Notes under the pieces: model-generated
Told to the model about the DNA's origin: nothing
Database searches by the model: none
What the model saw: the letters and a program-made list of their open reading frames with translations, nothing else
Made by a program: the position numbers and the translations under genes
In this document: one piece after another, positions 50,936 to 60,242 of the stretch
Position numbering within the stretch: position 1 is the stretch's first letter
How the letters are laid out: every line of letters starts with the position of its first letter
Assembly (NCBI GenBank): GCA_963811105.1
Contig: CAWEPZ010000009.1
Location: 352,001-416,000, forward strand
Direction of reading: 5' to 3'
DNA from: Candidatus Bathyarchaeota archaeon
GTDB lineage: Archaea > Thermoproteota > Bathyarchaeia > Bathyarchaeales > Bathycorpusculaceae
DNA length: 64,000 bases

Positions 50936-51217
50936 TTATTCCTCTGTTGCTTCAGAGGTAATTAGATCGCCGCGTTTTCTGATCATTTTTTGTGTCCATC
51001 CGATTAACTCCGCGTCTTTGCTTATTCTAAATAAATACCTGCCTAGCAGGTCTTGAGTATCCGGTATTGCTTTTCTTTGCAGCACTTCCAATGTCACTGC
51101 CCATTCGCCATTTTTTTCTTTGATGTCAACTATAATCTCGGGATTTTTAGAAATGAACCTCTTTGCGGCGTCAAACGCTACCTCAGTAATTTTTGATAAA
51201 GAATTATTCTCGTTCAT
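50936..51217 (-). CDS. gvpO: Gas vesicle protein GvpO
   Basis: W.VTLEVL.RKAIPDTQDLLGRY......RG; follows gvpN. Confidence 0.88.
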   Translation of the reverse strand: MNENNSLSKITEVAFDAAKRFISKNPEIIVDIKEKNGEWAVTLEVLQRKAIPDTQDLLGRYLFRISKDAELIGWTQKMIRKRGDLITSEATEE

Positions 51218-51231
51218 TTTTTTTATCCCCT

Positions 51232-52305
51232 TTAGATAGATTCTTGAGTTTGGCAGACGTTGACTTCTGGAATTATTAAATCGATGCCGTTCTTCTGAAT
51301 TTTCGAGTGAGTATCGTTTAGAATTTCTCTTATGACGTCTGTTTTGTTAAGAGTCTCAATTTGGTTACCGATTTTACTTGCGAGAACATCTATGCAAATT
51401 TGTAAAAATTCCTCTCTTGAATAATTGCCCATCGCTTTAAGACCTTTAGAAATCATTATTTCGGCTCGCGTACCTGGTTTGTGTTGTTCGGGCAGTTTTT
51501 CTCTTAGTGTACGAACAATTTTGACAATGTTTTTTGCCTCAAGGGGTGATATATTAGAATGCGCTACAACAATCTTTACTTCTGTGTCAAAGTCATAATA
51601 GTCCATGTGGAGATCTATCATTCTGTCTAGTAAAGCATCTTGAGGTCTATGTACACCAGCATATTCGATAGAGTTGCTTGTGAATATTACCTTAAAATCA
51701 GGATGAACTTGTACGTATCTTTCTTCTCCAAACATAGTCGGAAGTTCTAATATGTGTTCTTCGAGTACTGATAGAAGAACGTTGTTAGCCTCGGGTTTTG
51801 ATCTTGAGAACTCGTTATAAATTAATGTGTAACCGTATTTGCAAGCGAGCGTTAACGGATTGTCAATCCAGCTATATTTTGTCTTATTCTTGGTTAATCT
51901 GACGTTATGAATATATTTGTCCACTAGACTTTCGGCCTCCATTTCTGAGTATCCTCCGATTAAGTCTGACGTTGTTATCTGATCATCACCGTTTATCCAC
52001 ACTGTTGGTCTGCCCAATTCTTTTGCTACTTGCATCGCCATTGTTGTTTTTCCACAACCTGTTGGCCCAACGATGTGGGGGTGGCATGCAGCTTTAAGCC
52101 AGAGTCTAATTCTGTTCTTTAGTTTTCTAACCTGTTCGGTTTCAATAAAACTTTCAATCGTAGGGATTAAGAACTCTGTTTCTGCTTTATTTATTGTGAT
52201 TTCTAAGGGTGTTATTTTCTCGGAAATTTTGATTTTCCTTTCTTTTGATGTTTCATGAACTCTTTTTCCGCGAACAACTCTTGGATGAGTTGGATAATAT
52301 TTCAT
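51232..52305 (-). CDS. gvpN: Gas vesicle AAA+ ATPase GvpN
   Basis: H..GPTGCGKTT, DLIGGY, WIDNPLTLAC..G.TL.YNEFSRSKPEANNVLLSVLEE, and TSN..EYAGVH..QDALLDR. Confidence 0.94.
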   Translation of the reverse strand: MKYYPTHPRVVRGKRVHETSKERKIKISEKITPLEITINKAETEFLIPTIESFIETEQVRKLKNRIRLWLKAACHPHIVGPTGCGKTTMAMQVAKELGRPTVWINGDDQITTSDLIGGYSEMEAESLVDKYIHNVRLTKNKTKYSWIDNPLTLACKYGYTLIYNEFSRSKPEANNVLLSVLEEHILELPTMFGEERYVQVHPDFKVIFTSNSIEYAGVHRPQDALLDRMIDLHMDYYDFDTEVKIVVAHSNISPLEAKNIVKIVRTLREKLPEQHKPGTRAEIMISKGLKAMGNYSREEFLQICIDVLASKIGNQIETLNKTDVIREILNDTHSKIQKNGIDLIIPEVNVCQTQESI

Positions 52306-52523
52306 GTTTTTAAGTCCTCGGTATTTTTCTTATATACACGAATGTTGCGACAATCCTTTTAAGGTGTATTCAGATACGTGTTACGAAAACTGTGTCAAAA
52401 ATCGAAAGTCGACTCAAAAACTATTTTAATTCGATTTCAGAATAATTTTGTAAACAATTTCAATCAAAAATTTTCCTTGAATAATAATAAATTGGAATTG
52501 GGAAAAGAGGGTTCCTCAAACTC

Positions 52524-52685
52524 TCAAGTTTTTTCCTTTTTGAGGGCGTTTACCCATAACATACGTACTCTCTGTGGACGCGGAACTACCGAACAATATT
52601 GTACCATTTCTCTATGTTTTCTTAACCACTTTATTTTCTTATCCCTTTCTTGTGCGTTAACAGCGCTTTTTGGCATTTTTGACAC
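52524..52685 (-). CDS. Small basic hypothetical protein between gvpC-like and gvpN
   Basis: GGGGGTG SD; MPKSAVNAQERDKKIKWLRKHREMVQYCSVVPRPQRVRMLW; co-oriented with the operon. Confidence 0.45.
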   Translation of the reverse strand: MSKMPKSAVNAQERDKKIKWLRKHREMVQYCSVVPRPQRVRMLWVNALKKEKT

Positions 52686-52790
52686 CAATTCACCCCCTAG
52701 TTGGATCACTTTCCCGATTGATTATTCTCAATTAATACTGAAAAAAAGAAATATGGACAAGAAACAGTTTATTCTACAGATGAGGCGCAC

Positions 52791-53162
52791 TCATCCGTAG
52801 AATTGTTTCGTGTATTCTTGGTGTTGTTTTACTTGATCAGCTATACTGACTTGCATGGCAGCAATACCTGAAACCATTTCAGCGACACCAGATTGCAGAT
52901 TTCGTGTACCATCAGCGTGCATTTTTTTGGCGGCTTCTTGGAAGTTTATAGCGGTTTGATGGATACTTTTCTGCATCTCACAAACTCCTGTTAACAGATT
53001 GTTGATTCCTTCGATACGCATTTCATTGGCAGCTTCTTGGAAGTTTATAGCGGTTTGATGATAAAGTTTTCTTTTGCCATTAACGGTATTTGTATTTGTT
53101 GCTGGTGTTTTGGTTGGTTCAGTTACTGGGCCTGTTTGATTTTTCGTTTTATGTTTAGACAT
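52791..53162 (-). CDS. gvpC: GvpC-like repeat protein
   Basis: Lies between gvpA and gvpN; two 33-aa repeats (HQTAINFQEAA..M...G..NL..GV.EM); ends Y...FYG. Confidence 0.6.
   Translation of the reverse strand: MSKHKTKNQTGPVTEPTKTPATNTNTVNGKRKLYHQTAINFQEAANEMRIEGINNLLTGVCEMQKSIHQTAINFQEAAKKMHADGTRNLQSGVAEMVSGIAAMQVSIADQVKQHQEYTKQFYG
52933..53060. repeat. Exact 29-bp direct repeat with a 99-bp period within the gvpC-like gene
   Basis: GCTTCTTGGAAGTTTATAGCGGTTTGATG at 52933..52961 and 53032..53060. Confidence 0.95.
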
Positions 53163-53213
53163 TTATTTTTCAACTCAAACTTGTTTATTCTTTAAACTAT
53201 TTTTTTCCTAGAT

Positions 53214-53441
53214 TTAGGCTGCTGGAACAGGAGCAGCGATTGCTGCTTGCTCGACCTTTGTGATTTCTTCTGCGTAATGGAGGAATGTATCGACTGAGGC
53301 GACTACCACTCTGGCTTCGATTGTGAGAATTTCGATTCCAACCAATGAAGCCCTTGCCCAAGCATCGACGACTATGCCTTTGTCGAGTACGCGATCGAGT
53401 ACTTCTGCCAAACTACCTGAATCTGGACTTTGTTGCACCAT
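53214..53441 (-). CDS. gvpA: Major gas vesicle structural protein GvpA
   Basis: GAGGTG SD; [55 protein letters not shown], close to haloarchaeal/methanosarcinal GvpA. Confidence 0.97.
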   Translation of the reverse strand: MVQQSPDSGSLAEVLDRVLDKGIVVDAWARASLVGIEILTIEARVVVASVDTFLHYAEEITKVEQAAIAAPVPAA

Positions 53442-53536
53442 TTTTAATTCACCTCTCAAGACATGGATTTGTTTTCTGTATCTTGAGTATGATATATTGC
53501 TATTTAAGCAGTATTCAGCAATAAAGAACAAGGATC

Positions 53537-53553
53537 GTATCGAGAATCGATAC
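53537..53553. promoter_or_regulatory. Perfect inverted repeat GTATCGA-GAA-TCGATAC upstream of the gvpA TATA box
   Basis: 7-3-7 palindrome about 30 bp upstream of minus-strand TTAAATA (53500-53506). Confidence 0.5.
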
Positions 53554-53722
53554 TTGAAATATTACAATTTGCACAACAATCCCATAACTAAAGTAAGACC
53601 TAAATTATCTCACACACAATTAAAACTTAAAAAGTGACCAGAATTAAGTGCTTTAATAAAGAACATTTGGAAAATAGATTTAACCATCTAAAATTTGATA
53701 CAATAATAGAAAGTGAATAATT

Positions 53723-54289
53723 GTGTGGCTAATATGTCGGGTAGCATTCAATAGGGGCAAAACCAAATTGCTAGTCCGGGGTACCCAAGATGCAGAATGG
53801 GTTTTTTGCCCAAGGACAAAAAGCATAAAAAACGACAAAGTAACCATCCAATGTTGCGACGAATGTGCCCATTTTGTTCGTCTTGAACACTTCTCTCTCC
53901 CGCAAACACAGGCTTGGAAACGCAGCATCATGCCAAAACATCCCAACTACCTACATTTTAGAAAACCGCCGATCAATCGCTGGAGTTCTAAACGACAAAC
54001 AATATTGGCACCATCCCATTCAATGTTAAGCTTTAGAGTCGAAAAGCAACCACTATTAGACGTCTTTGAAGAGGATGACTGTGTAGTAGTTTTAGCAGAA
54101 TTGCCGGGTATGGAAGAAAAAGATGTAAATATCGAAGCCGACGAAACTACTGTGACAATTACTGCGAAAAACTCAGTTAGGACCTATCTAAAGAAGATAA
54201 AACTTCCAACGCCAATTCTAAGTAGTGAGGTGGAGATCATTTATAGGAACAACATTTTGCAGGCAAAGTTAAAAAAACTTAAAGATTAA
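53723..54289 (+). CDS. Hsp20/alpha-crystallin protein with an N-terminal Cys cluster
   Basis: PLLDVFEE....VLAELPG.E..DV...Y.K.I.LP...YRNNIL; N-terminal CPR...CCDEC.HF. Start codon uncertain. Confidence 0.8.
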   Translation: MWLICRVAFNRGKTKLLVRGTQDAEWVFCPRTKSIKNDKVTIQCCDECAHFVRLEHFSLPQTQAWKRSIMPKHPNYLHFRKPPINRWSSKRQTILAPSHSMLSFRVEKQPLLDVFEEDDCVVVLAELPGMEEKDVNIEADETTVTITAKNSVRTYLKKIKLPTPILSSEVEIIYRNNILQAKLKKLKD

Positions 54290-54337
54290 CCCCAAAAGTT
54301 GCTTTTTAGGCTCTCCCAAAAATGTAAACGTCGTGAG

Positions 54338-54949
54338 CTATTCCTTACGTGTCGGTTGTAGTTCTCTTGAAAGTTGATTTACGACTTCAATGAGTTTATG
54401 TAAACCTGATTCTATATCTCCTTTTGATACATGTAATATGATTTGTGATGTTTCTTTCCTTAGCATCGCCATTTGATGGCATATTTCGCAGCTCTTTTTT
54501 CCTTTTTCGAAGTCTGTGCATGCCAAAAGTAAATCAACTGCTTCAATTAGTTCTCGTGCTTTGTTTGCTTTGGTCACTATGTCTAAGGCTTGATTTATTT
54601 GTTCATTGAGCTGCTTAATTGTTTGTTCTATTTTGACATACGTAGGGCAAATCGTTATCTGGGGTTGTTTGTTGACCTTAAAACCTCTTGGATCTATAGC
54701 TACTTCTATACCCACAGTATGGCAGATTCTGTAGTATTTTCTTGCCGCACCAATAGGGCTTTTTTTCTTGAAACTTTCTATAAGACCAGCTTCTTCGAGT
54801 ATGCTGAGGTTTTTAAGGATGGCTGGCTGCGTGATCTCCAATCTTTTGGCTATTTCAGATATGTAGCGTGGCTCTTGAGAGAGTAAGGTAAGTATTTTTC
54901 GGCGAGTTTCGTTTCCGACAATTTGGAGAATTTTGCCTGCAGGTTCCAT
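54338..54949 (-). CDS. ArsR-family regulator of the Phr/HSR1 (archaeal heat-shock repressor) type
   Basis: GNETRRKIL.LL...P.YISE..L...Q.AIL..L.ILEEAGLIES......G..RKYY.I, followed by a coiled coil; divergent from cdc48. Confidence 0.75.
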   Translation of the reverse strand: MEPAGKILQIVGNETRRKILTLLSQEPRYISEIAKRLEITQPAILKNLSILEEAGLIESFKKKSPIGAARKYYRICHTVGIEVAIDPRGFKVNKQPQITICPTYVKIEQTIKQLNEQINQALDIVTKANKARELIEAVDLLLACTDFEKGKKSCEICHQMAMLRKETSQIILHVSKGDIESGLHKLIEVVNQLSRELQPTRKE

Positions 54950-55000
54950 GAATGACCTTCTTCCTTCTTCACTGGGAATGTAACAAAACGTATATATACA

Positions 55001-55022
55001 TTTAGTTAATAACTAAAAGTTA
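55001..55022. promoter_or_regulatory. Candidate heat-shock operator: TTTAGTTA-A-TAACTAAA palindrome overlapping TAAC-N5-GTTA
   Basis: Lies between the TATATATA box and the cdc48 start; the core matches the HSR1-type CTAAC-N5-GTTAG element. Confidence 0.6.
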
Positions 55023-55053
55023 AGCATACTAAAATGAGCAAAGGTAAGCATTC

Positions 55054-57243
55054 GTGTCAGAATCTGCTCCAACCTCAAATTCGATAACACTGCGCGTTTC
55101 TGAAGCCTCACTAAGAGACTTCGGTCGAGGAATAGCAAGAATAGATCCCCAAGCAATGAAGGAAATTCAAGCTCAAACAGGCGACATCATCCAAATCACC
55201 GGAAAAAAAAGAACCGCCGTAAAAGTTATGCCCTCTTACCCAGAAAACCGGGGAAAAAACGTTGCTCAAATCGATGGAATAATACGTAATAATGCTTTAA
55301 TTGGAATCGGCGACACGGTCTGTGTAGAAAAAATTAAGGCTGAAACTGCAGAAAAAATAACGCTTGCACCACTCGAGCACGACCAGTCATGGCGAGGAGG
55401 AGACAAACCCTTAGAACATGTACGTAATCTTCTAGATGGCTTAGCGGTGGTTGAAGGAGATCAGGTCCGACTAAGCCTTTTAGGGTCAAACGCCTCCTTT
55501 GTTGTAGCCAGAATCAAACCAAACTGTCCAGTAGCTATACTTCACTCTACAACGGAGATAGTTATACTTGAAAAACCAGCACAAAACGGAAGAAAAATTG
55601 GCGCCACATATGATGATATCGGGGGGTTATCTGAGCAGATTCAGCGGACGAGAGAAATGATTGAACTTCCTCTTCGGCATCCAGAAGTGTTTGATCGCCT
55701 TGGAATAGAACCGCCAAAAGGGGTCTTACTACATGGCCCTCCAGGCACAGGAAAAACTCTTATTGCAAAAGCTGTAGCAAACGAAACTTTCGCTACTTTC
55801 ATCAGCATCAGCGGTGGAGAAATACATGGAAAGTACTACGGTGAATCTGAAGCCCGCTTAAGAGAGATATTTACCGAGGCATCTCAGAACAAACCTTGTA
55901 TCATATTTATTGATGAGATCGACGCAATAGCCCCAAAAAGAGAAGAAGTCACAGGTGAAGTCGAAAAAAGAGTAGTGTCCCAATTGTTATCGTTGATGGA
56001 CGGGCTAGAACCACGCGGACAAGTAGTGGTTATTGGGGCAACAAATAGACCCAACGCAATTGACCCTGCTCTGCGGAGAGGCGGACGGTTTGACCGAGAA
56101 ATAGAGATAGGTATGCCAACAAGAGAAGGGCGGTTTGATATTTTCCAGATTCATACTCGAGGCATGCCGCTTACTTCTGACGTAGATTTAACGAATCTGT
56201 CTTCATTAACACACGGCTTTACAGGTGCAGACATTACAGAGCTCTGTAAAGAAGCAGCCATGAAGTCTCTAAGACGAGTTTTGCCGGAAATAAACTTTGA
56301 AGCTGAATTTATTGCCACAGACATCCTTAACAAACTGGTAGTAACGATGGATGATTTTCAGGACGCATTGCGGTTTGTTGAACCCTCAGCTTTACGAGAG
56401 GTTTTAATTGAAACACCTAATGTCACATGGGAGAACATAGGTGGACTCCATGAACTAAAACAAGAACTTATCGAAGCTATTGAATGGCCTCTAAAATACG
56501 CTGACATTTTTAAAGAAGCTGGAGCAAAACCGCCCAAGGGAATAGTTCTTTGTGGACCTCCAGGCACAGGGAAGACTCTTTTAGCGAAAGCGGTTGCCAA
56601 AGTAAGTCAAGCAAACTTTATCCACGTCAAAGGTCCAGCGCTTATGAATAAATTTGTTGGTGAATCAGAGAAGGGTGTAAGAGAAATATTTCGGAAAGCT
56701 AAACAAACAGCGCCATGTATCATTTTCTTCGATGAAATAGATGCCTTGGTTCCTAAGCGAGGAAGCGGATTAACTGATGCTCACACCTCGGAAAGGGTCA
56801 TAAGTCAATTTCTTACAGAATTGGATGGGCTAGAGGAACTTCGCGGCGTTATGGTTCTAGCAGCGACAAATCGTATTGACATAATTGATCCTGCTTTACT
56901 GAGACCTGGACGGTTCGACCTTATTCTACAAGTTCCGCCCCCAGATGCTGATGCAAGGCTCGAAATTTTCAAGATACATAGCGCAAAGAATCCTCTAGCA
57001 AATGATATCTCCTTTGAGAAATTGGCTGAAGAAACAAAAAGCTGTACCGGAGCTGACATAGACGCAATCTGCCGAGAAGCTACTATGTTTGCTATCAGAC
57101 GTTTTCTTAACAAAAATACGACAGATTTAACCAACTTAAAACCGACTAAACTTGAAGTAACAATGGAAGATATGATAATAGCAATCAAACAGATGAACAA
57201 TCGTAAAAAATTGATTGAACGCTCAGGAGCAGAAGCTGACTGA
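55054..57243 (+). CDS. cdc48: CDC48/VAT family AAA+ ATPase
   Basis: N domain (D.GRGIARID), two GPPGTGKT Walker A motifs, FIDEID/FFDEID, and ALRR.GRFD / LLRPGRFD. Confidence 0.95.
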   Translation: MSESAPTSNSITLRVSEASLRDFGRGIARIDPQAMKEIQAQTGDIIQITGKKRTAVKVMPSYPENRGKNVAQIDGIIRNNALIGIGDTVCVEKIKAETAEKITLAPLEHDQSWRGGDKPLEHVRNLLDGLAVVEGDQVRLSLLGSNASFVVARIKPNCPVAILHSTTEIVILEKPAQNGRKIGATYDDIGGLSEQIQRTREMIELPLRHPEVFDRLGIEPPKGVLLHGPPGTGKTLIAKAVANETFATFISISGGEIHGKYYGESEARLREIFTEASQNKPCIIFIDEIDAIAPKREEVTGEVEKRVVSQLLSLMDGLEPRGQVVVIGATNRPNAIDPALRRGGRFDREIEIGMPTREGRFDIFQIHTRGMPLTSDVDLTNLSSLTHGFTGADITELCKEAAMKSLRRVLPEINFEAEFIATDILNKLVVTMDDFQDALRFVEPSALREVLIETPNVTWENIGGLHELKQELIEAIEWPLKYADIFKEAGAKPPKGIVLCGPPGTGKTLLAKAVAKVSQANFIHVKGPALMNKFVGESEKGVREIFRKAKQTAPCIIFFDEIDALVPKRGSGLTDAHTSERVISQFLTELDGLEELRGVMVLAATNRIDIIDPALLRPGRFDLILQVPPPDADARLEIFKIHSAKNPLANDISFEKLAEETKSCTGADIDAICREATMFAIRRFLNKNTTDLTNLKPTKLEVTMEDMIIAIKQMNNRKKLIERSGAEAD

Positions 57244-58217
57244 TGAAAAAATCGTTTTTATTAGAAACTGAAGATGCAAGCAGCCAAAATAACCTCTCTA
57301 AATCAATGCAAGAGCGGATTAATCAAGTCCTCGGAGATGTCCATTTGAGAATGGTTGAGTTGTTCAATGTTGATTTCACTTTTTTTAAAAGCTTTAAATT
57401 GTTGAGGCGTCAAGAATTTCAAAATCAATTGGCCCAACGGATACAAGACGATCTAAAAGAAAGTGGTATAGAAAGCAGCGGTACTCAATTGGGACAAATT
57501 ACTCAAGTTCTTGCGCGAGATCAAGCGGCTGGCGTATCTGAACATTTTGCTTTTTATAATCTCAAAAATGATAACCTGTATTTAAACGAAGACATGGCCA
57601 TAAATTACCCGGAAAAAGTGGTTTCGGTGTGTGCCCACGAACTTGCCGAAAAACTTCTTTCAACTTGCATATCCTTGCCGCCAAATTCGTCAATGCGATC
57701 TGCTGTGAAGCTATATCTCGAAGTAAAGAACATTAGTGATCCCGAAAGGCTTCAGCAGATTTTAGATATATATTTTGAGACTATTTTCAAGGCTGTCTTT
57801 AAAGAGGGTGCTTGTGAGGCAATAGCAGTTCACGTTATGCGTAACATGAATTATGCGACTGAAGCAGCTATTTTAGAAGAAGAATTGAAGGAAGGTTATA
57901 CAAAATGTTCAGGGCTCTTATCACGTATTGAAAATATAAGAAAAACCGTGATGACATCGAAGGTTATCCAACTGGACAGTAAAGTGTTGGATGAACAAGT
58001 AATAGTTGAGGAAGTTCTGAAGAACTCGCAGATAATTAAAGGTGTTTCGTACTATTTGGGCTATCCGCTTGCAAGAGTAGTTCTAGAAAAATATGGACTT
58101 TATGGTATGCGTTTTATCGTAGAGAACGCTTTGCCGCTCAAAGCGGAATATTTCTCAAATCCAGAATCCTACCTTGTCACATTAGATAAGATACTTTCTA
58201 AACAAATGGAGAAATAA
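57243..58217 (+). CDS. Hypothetical protein with a degenerate zincin-like motif
   Basis: AFY....LYLN...CAHELAE...FKEGACE...YYLGY; translationally coupled to cdc48. Confidence 0.6.
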   Translation: MKKSFLLETEDASSQNNLSKSMQERINQVLGDVHLRMVELFNVDFTFFKSFKLLRRQEFQNQLAQRIQDDLKESGIESSGTQLGQITQVLARDQAAGVSEHFAFYNLKNDNLYLNEDMAINYPEKVVSVCAHELAEKLLSTCISLPPNSSMRSAVKLYLEVKNISDPERLQQILDIYFETIFKAVFKEGACEAIAVHVMRNMNYATEAAILEEELKEGYTKCSGLLSRIENIRKTVMTSKVIQLDSKVLDEQVIVEEVLKNSQIIKGVSYYLGYPLARVVLEKYGLYGMRFIVENALPLKAEYFSNPESYLVTLDKILSKQMEK

Positions 58218-58222
58218 AACAG

Positions 58223-58972
58223 ATGGTTAAAAAAGAAAAAAACGGAAATACTTCAGGAGAAAAAACCATTGGAGCGTTAAAAAAGGAAGTCGCAAAGAAA
58301 GGAAAAGAAATTGAGGAGCTACAAAAATCCGTAGCCGAGATGCGAACTCAAATTCAGAAAAAAGATAAAATTGTGGACCCTCCTGAACCAGATAAAATGG
58401 TCGACGGGCTCATGAACGTCGGTTTTGGGTTACTTGGCTCGTCAAATGCTGCAAATGGTCAAAAGGCCAAAGGTTTGCTGGGTTTAGTCGACGAGTTAGG
58501 TAAGTTGGCGGAGAAAACCCAGATGACTCAGACAACGCAGAAGAGAATTAATTTTGGAAAAGGAGGCGTAGTTGACTTTCGAGTAAGTTCCCGACCAATA
58601 AAAGGTGGTTCCTCACTTCAACCTGCGAGTCGATCGAAAATCGGAACACTTATCAAACAATCCTCAAGCACATATGCCCCCATGCCACTTGCAGCAGGAA
58701 CCATAAAAGAAAGAGAACTTATCGTTGACATCTTTGAAGAAGAAGATTGCCTCCATGTAATGGTGGAACTGCCTAATGTCAAAGAAAACGAAATATCCCT
58801 AGACGTAGAAGGCAATACTCTAACAATAAAAGCTGGCACTCAGAATAAAGAATACTTCAAGAAAGTTGAGCTCCCTGCTACTGTCGAAAAAAAAATAGTT
58901 GAATCAAGTTGCCGCAATGGAATCCTTGAAGTTAGGCTAAAAAAGAAAACCATTGCCAATCAGACCAAGTAG
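58223..58972 (+). CDS. Coiled-coil plus Hsp20/alpha-crystallin protein
   Basis: RELIVDIFEE...VMVELPNV..I...Y.K.VELP...NGILEVRL. Confidence 0.85.
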   Translation: MVKKEKNGNTSGEKTIGALKKEVAKKGKEIEELQKSVAEMRTQIQKKDKIVDPPEPDKMVDGLMNVGFGLLGSSNAANGQKAKGLLGLVDELGKLAEKTQMTQTTQKRINFGKGGVVDFRVSSRPIKGGSSLQPASRSKIGTLIKQSSSTYAPMPLAAGTIKERELIVDIFEEEDCLHVMVELPNVKENEISLDVEGNTLTIKAGTQNKEYFKKVELPATVEKKIVESSCRNGILEVRLKKKTIANQTK

Positions 58973-59108
58973 TCATCTAAGATAACTTGGTGGGACTGCC
59001 CGTCCCTGAACATAAGTGGGAAACGAGGATTCTGAAAGTGCGGCCTAAATTTTCATAACATAACAAAATTAAATATATTTATGGTTTAGATAGGTTGTCA
59101 ATTGGTGC

Positions 59109-59708
59109 TTGATTATGGGTCTGGATTGGAAAACATGGACAAAGAACGACGTGATCTTTGGAATAATTCTTCCTATAGTAGCTGTTTTTGTCATCGTATT
59201 AATCTCAAAACTTCCCTCGCTGTTTGGTGGAGGTTTTGGAATTGTTACTGGATTAACTATGGAAATATTAGAACTTGTCATCATAGTTGGTGTTCCCTTA
59301 GCACTTGGTTTACTATGGAATCAATGGGCAGGCGGATCTTCAGGCTTCTTAATGGGTACCTTCTATTCCCTGTATTGGGCATCCAGTTTTCACGGGATAG
59401 CAGGTTCTGGTACAGTTTTGTTGGCGTACATACTTAGCCCAATGTTAATCGGCTACATGGCTGGAGCTTTAAATAAGCGGTCAGACAACTTCAGAAGATT
59501 ATTGATTTCTGGCATTGTCGCTTCTACAGTTGGCGGCTTAGTACTGTTTAGTATATTCCAAATGTCTCCTGCGAACGTAGTCACAGGAATAACTGGATTT
59601 GCACTCACTGTCTTGACACGTATTTTAGCGGCTGTACTGACCGCTGTTGTGGTCAAAGTTTTCTTCTGGTATGGCATGGGAGCTCAAAAACACCCAAATA
59701 TTTCCTAA
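59109..59708 (+). CDS. Hypothetical 6-TM membrane protein (ECF S-component-like)
   Basis: Gly-rich TM helices; P..LGL.W..WAGG..GF and GY.AG.L motifs. Confidence 0.7.
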   Translation: MIMGLDWKTWTKNDVIFGIILPIVAVFVIVLISKLPSLFGGGFGIVTGLTMEILELVIIVGVPLALGLLWNQWAGGSSGFLMGTFYSLYWASSFHGIAGSGTVLLAYILSPMLIGYMAGALNKRSDNFRRLLISGIVASTVGGLVLFSIFQMSPANVVTGITGFALTVLTRILAAVLTAVVVKVFFWYGMGAQKHPNIS

Positions 59709-59903
59709 CCCTTTCTTATTTTTGAAGGAAACTCTTTGGGCAAAATCTCTTGTGACAAGAGAAATTGCCTAAACTGGAAGGAAGGGTACTGTTTCTTTTC
59801 CAATCCAGAAAAGGCTGGTGATGCTTCTCTTGATTTTGAGGATGCATTGGATTTTCTTAGGATAAAGGTCGATGCGGTAAAAGGAACACTTGGCTAAATT
59901 TTG

Positions 59904-60242
59904 TTAGGTTGTCCAAAAAGAAAATACTTCCAAGTTGTCCTTTTCAAATTGCTTTTTTAAGATAGCTTTGACTTCATCCTCGTCTAGGTTCCACAGGTTG
60001 TTTTTGCCTTTGCGCAAAGGGATTCCTGTTTCTCTCAGGAATTGACCTTTAGGAAAGTCAAGGAAGATATAGTAACGCGCCTCGTGCATCAGTATTATTC
60101 TTAAAGTTGTAAGTTCTTTGTTCGGTGAAAGAGCATTTTGTTCAAGTATAAAAACAATCGATTTTGGCTTTTTTTCGCGAACTAAACGCTTGAATTCTTC
60201 CCAATCTCTAATTCTAACATGACCCTCACTCATTTTCTTCAA
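59904..60242 (-). CDS. Conserved hypothetical protein
   Basis: 112-aa ORF coupled to arsC. Confidence 0.7.
   Translation of the reverse strand: MKKMSEGHVRIRDWEEFKRLVREKKPKSIVFILEQNALSPNKELTTLRIILMHEARYYIFLDFPKGQFLRETGIPLRKGKNNLWNLDEDEVKAILKKQFEKDNLEVFSFWTT

Noticed and set aside
52378-52800. Plus-strand 140-aa ORF and other antisense ORFs overlapping identified genes (e.g. 5145..5714, 10470..11015, 11957..12415, 23524..23952)
   Set aside because: Shadow frames of real genes or AT-rich spacers with no recognisable motifs.
53442-53531. N-terminal extension of GvpA in the ORF track (105 aa)
   Set aside because: The GAGGTG SD and GvpA homology place the start at 53441; the extension covers the promoter.
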